A stretch of DNA of 64,000 nucleotides from Orbicella franksi. Lineage: Eukaryota. The stretch lies in the NCBI GenBank assembly GCA_964199315.1, contig OZ116698.1:12772001-12836000 (forward strand). The letters are read 5' to 3'. Of this stretch, positions 62,641 to 64,000 are shown in pieces. The notes below the pieces were generated by a model. It did no database searches and was not told where the DNA came from. It worked only from the letters and a program-made list of their open reading frames with translations. The first letter of the stretch is position 1; each line of letters starts with the position of its first letter. The translations under genes and the position numbers were made by a program.

Positions 62641-64000
62641 AACTTTTAGCTGGAAACGGACACGAAAATTGAGGAGAATTTGAATGCTACGTTTCACTAT
62701 AATTTATACAGCACTGTTGTCTAGATAAGTATGGCCATGGGGAAATGATCTGAACAAAATATATTACCACTGAAAAGAAGAAAAGGCATTACATTCTGCA
62801 GTCAGTGATATTAGCCTTGGAAAGGTAAAAAGAAGAAAAAAGAAAAAAATAGAAAAATAAAAATCATTACAACACGGGTTATTCGTATTTGCTTACCCAA
62901 CCAAGTGCTAACCATGCCGAACAGGGCTTAACATTGGTGATCTTGTAAGACGCAATTTGCTGTTATTGTGGTATAGTGATTCCATAATGAACACAGCATT
63001 TTATTTCGAAGATCTCTGAAAAGACAACAAAGAAAGAAAGTACAAATTTCGATGCCTACAACTGAAATAGACCACAGAACATACGATTGTAAATGCCTAG
63101 CTGAAGATCAGGTTTAGATCTCATCAAAGGTGATATTGGCTGGGAGGATGAGGAACCATAACAAAATTGGAAAAAAAAATGAGCACCTGCAATACAGGAA
63201 TTTTATTACTCTGTCCCATATCCAGTACTAAGCTTAGCTTTGGTGATCGATGAGGGGTACTCTCCTTGTGGTAACATCTCAATCAAAGATGACTTCATGA
63301 ATGCTTTCCTCGGTCTCACATCTCCCTTAGTGCGCTCAACCGTTTAGTTTTGCACTATTTCTTAACAATGTCAGTGGACTCTTACAGGCGTATCAAAATT
63401 GTCACTGTTTAGAGGCAAGCCATTTTCCAAATTGAGTGGCTCATAGGCACTTTGATCCTATCAAACTACATCTTGATCTAAACATATTGCTGCTTCAACC
63501 TTACATTGGTGTAATGATTGAAGTTCTTTTTGAGACTATCATATTGTTTTAATTCTAGATCCATATTATATCATTGTGGTATATTTTATTGTCTAGCTCA
63601 TCTAACATTACTTTAACCTGTCTTTTACACACTGCTTTGCTTCAATCCACAAAAGTAGCCACCGTCCTTGAGCCTAGTGGCTTGTTTACCCTATGGCATT
63701 AAATTCAGATTTCTGGAGCATTAGACAACTACATTGTAGGCTAGAATAGTATTACTTTGCCTGAAGGTGTATTGCTTCCGGCCTCCATTAGTCTATCACA
63801 GCTTACTCTCCAGCATTCCACCAGGTTTTCTCAACACCAATTTTCCATTATATTCCTTTATTATCCAACTGCAGTGAATACCGTCCAAATAACAGTACAA
63901 ATATACAGCGATATTTTACAGTTATTTGTACAGTAGAACACCTGTTTGCTGTACAGGTCGGCGCGTGCACGCAAAGCTGTCACACTCACCCTCTTTTCAT

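Overview
Eukaryotic, intron-rich animal DNA (~39% GC by eye). The repeat families and gene types suggest a stony coral or other anthozoan (inference only). There are two scaffold gaps (13188-13315, 21861-22060). Genes assembled by hand from GT-AG exons with consistent phases: the 3' part of a CD36-family LIMP-2/SCARB2-like gene (+, 1-6364); a TRPC-like channel gene (-, 11654-18155) carrying one in-frame TGA; a 2.85-kb second copy of four SCARB2-like exons (19011-21860); the first two exons of PIG-C (-) head-to-head with an 8-exon death-fold-only adaptor gene, CARD-CARD-DD-(DD-like)-DD (+, 26431-33368, 546 aa); a promethin/LDAF1-like gene (45807-46355); and the 5' part of a gene joining a probably inactive trypsin-like domain to a TRADD-N-like domain (55715-61375, continuing past the window). 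Mobile DNA includes a full-length but ORF-broken BEL/Pao LTR retrotransposon with near-identical 388-bp LTRs and an ATTAT TSD, an RTE LINE nested in a MITE, hAT, piggyBac-like, Kolobok-like and Harbinger derivatives, a tRNA-derived SINE, and a 122-bp tandem array. The most interesting signals are the two modular, phase-1-exon innate-immunity/cell-death genes. All domain calls are by-eye motif recognition; no database searches were run.
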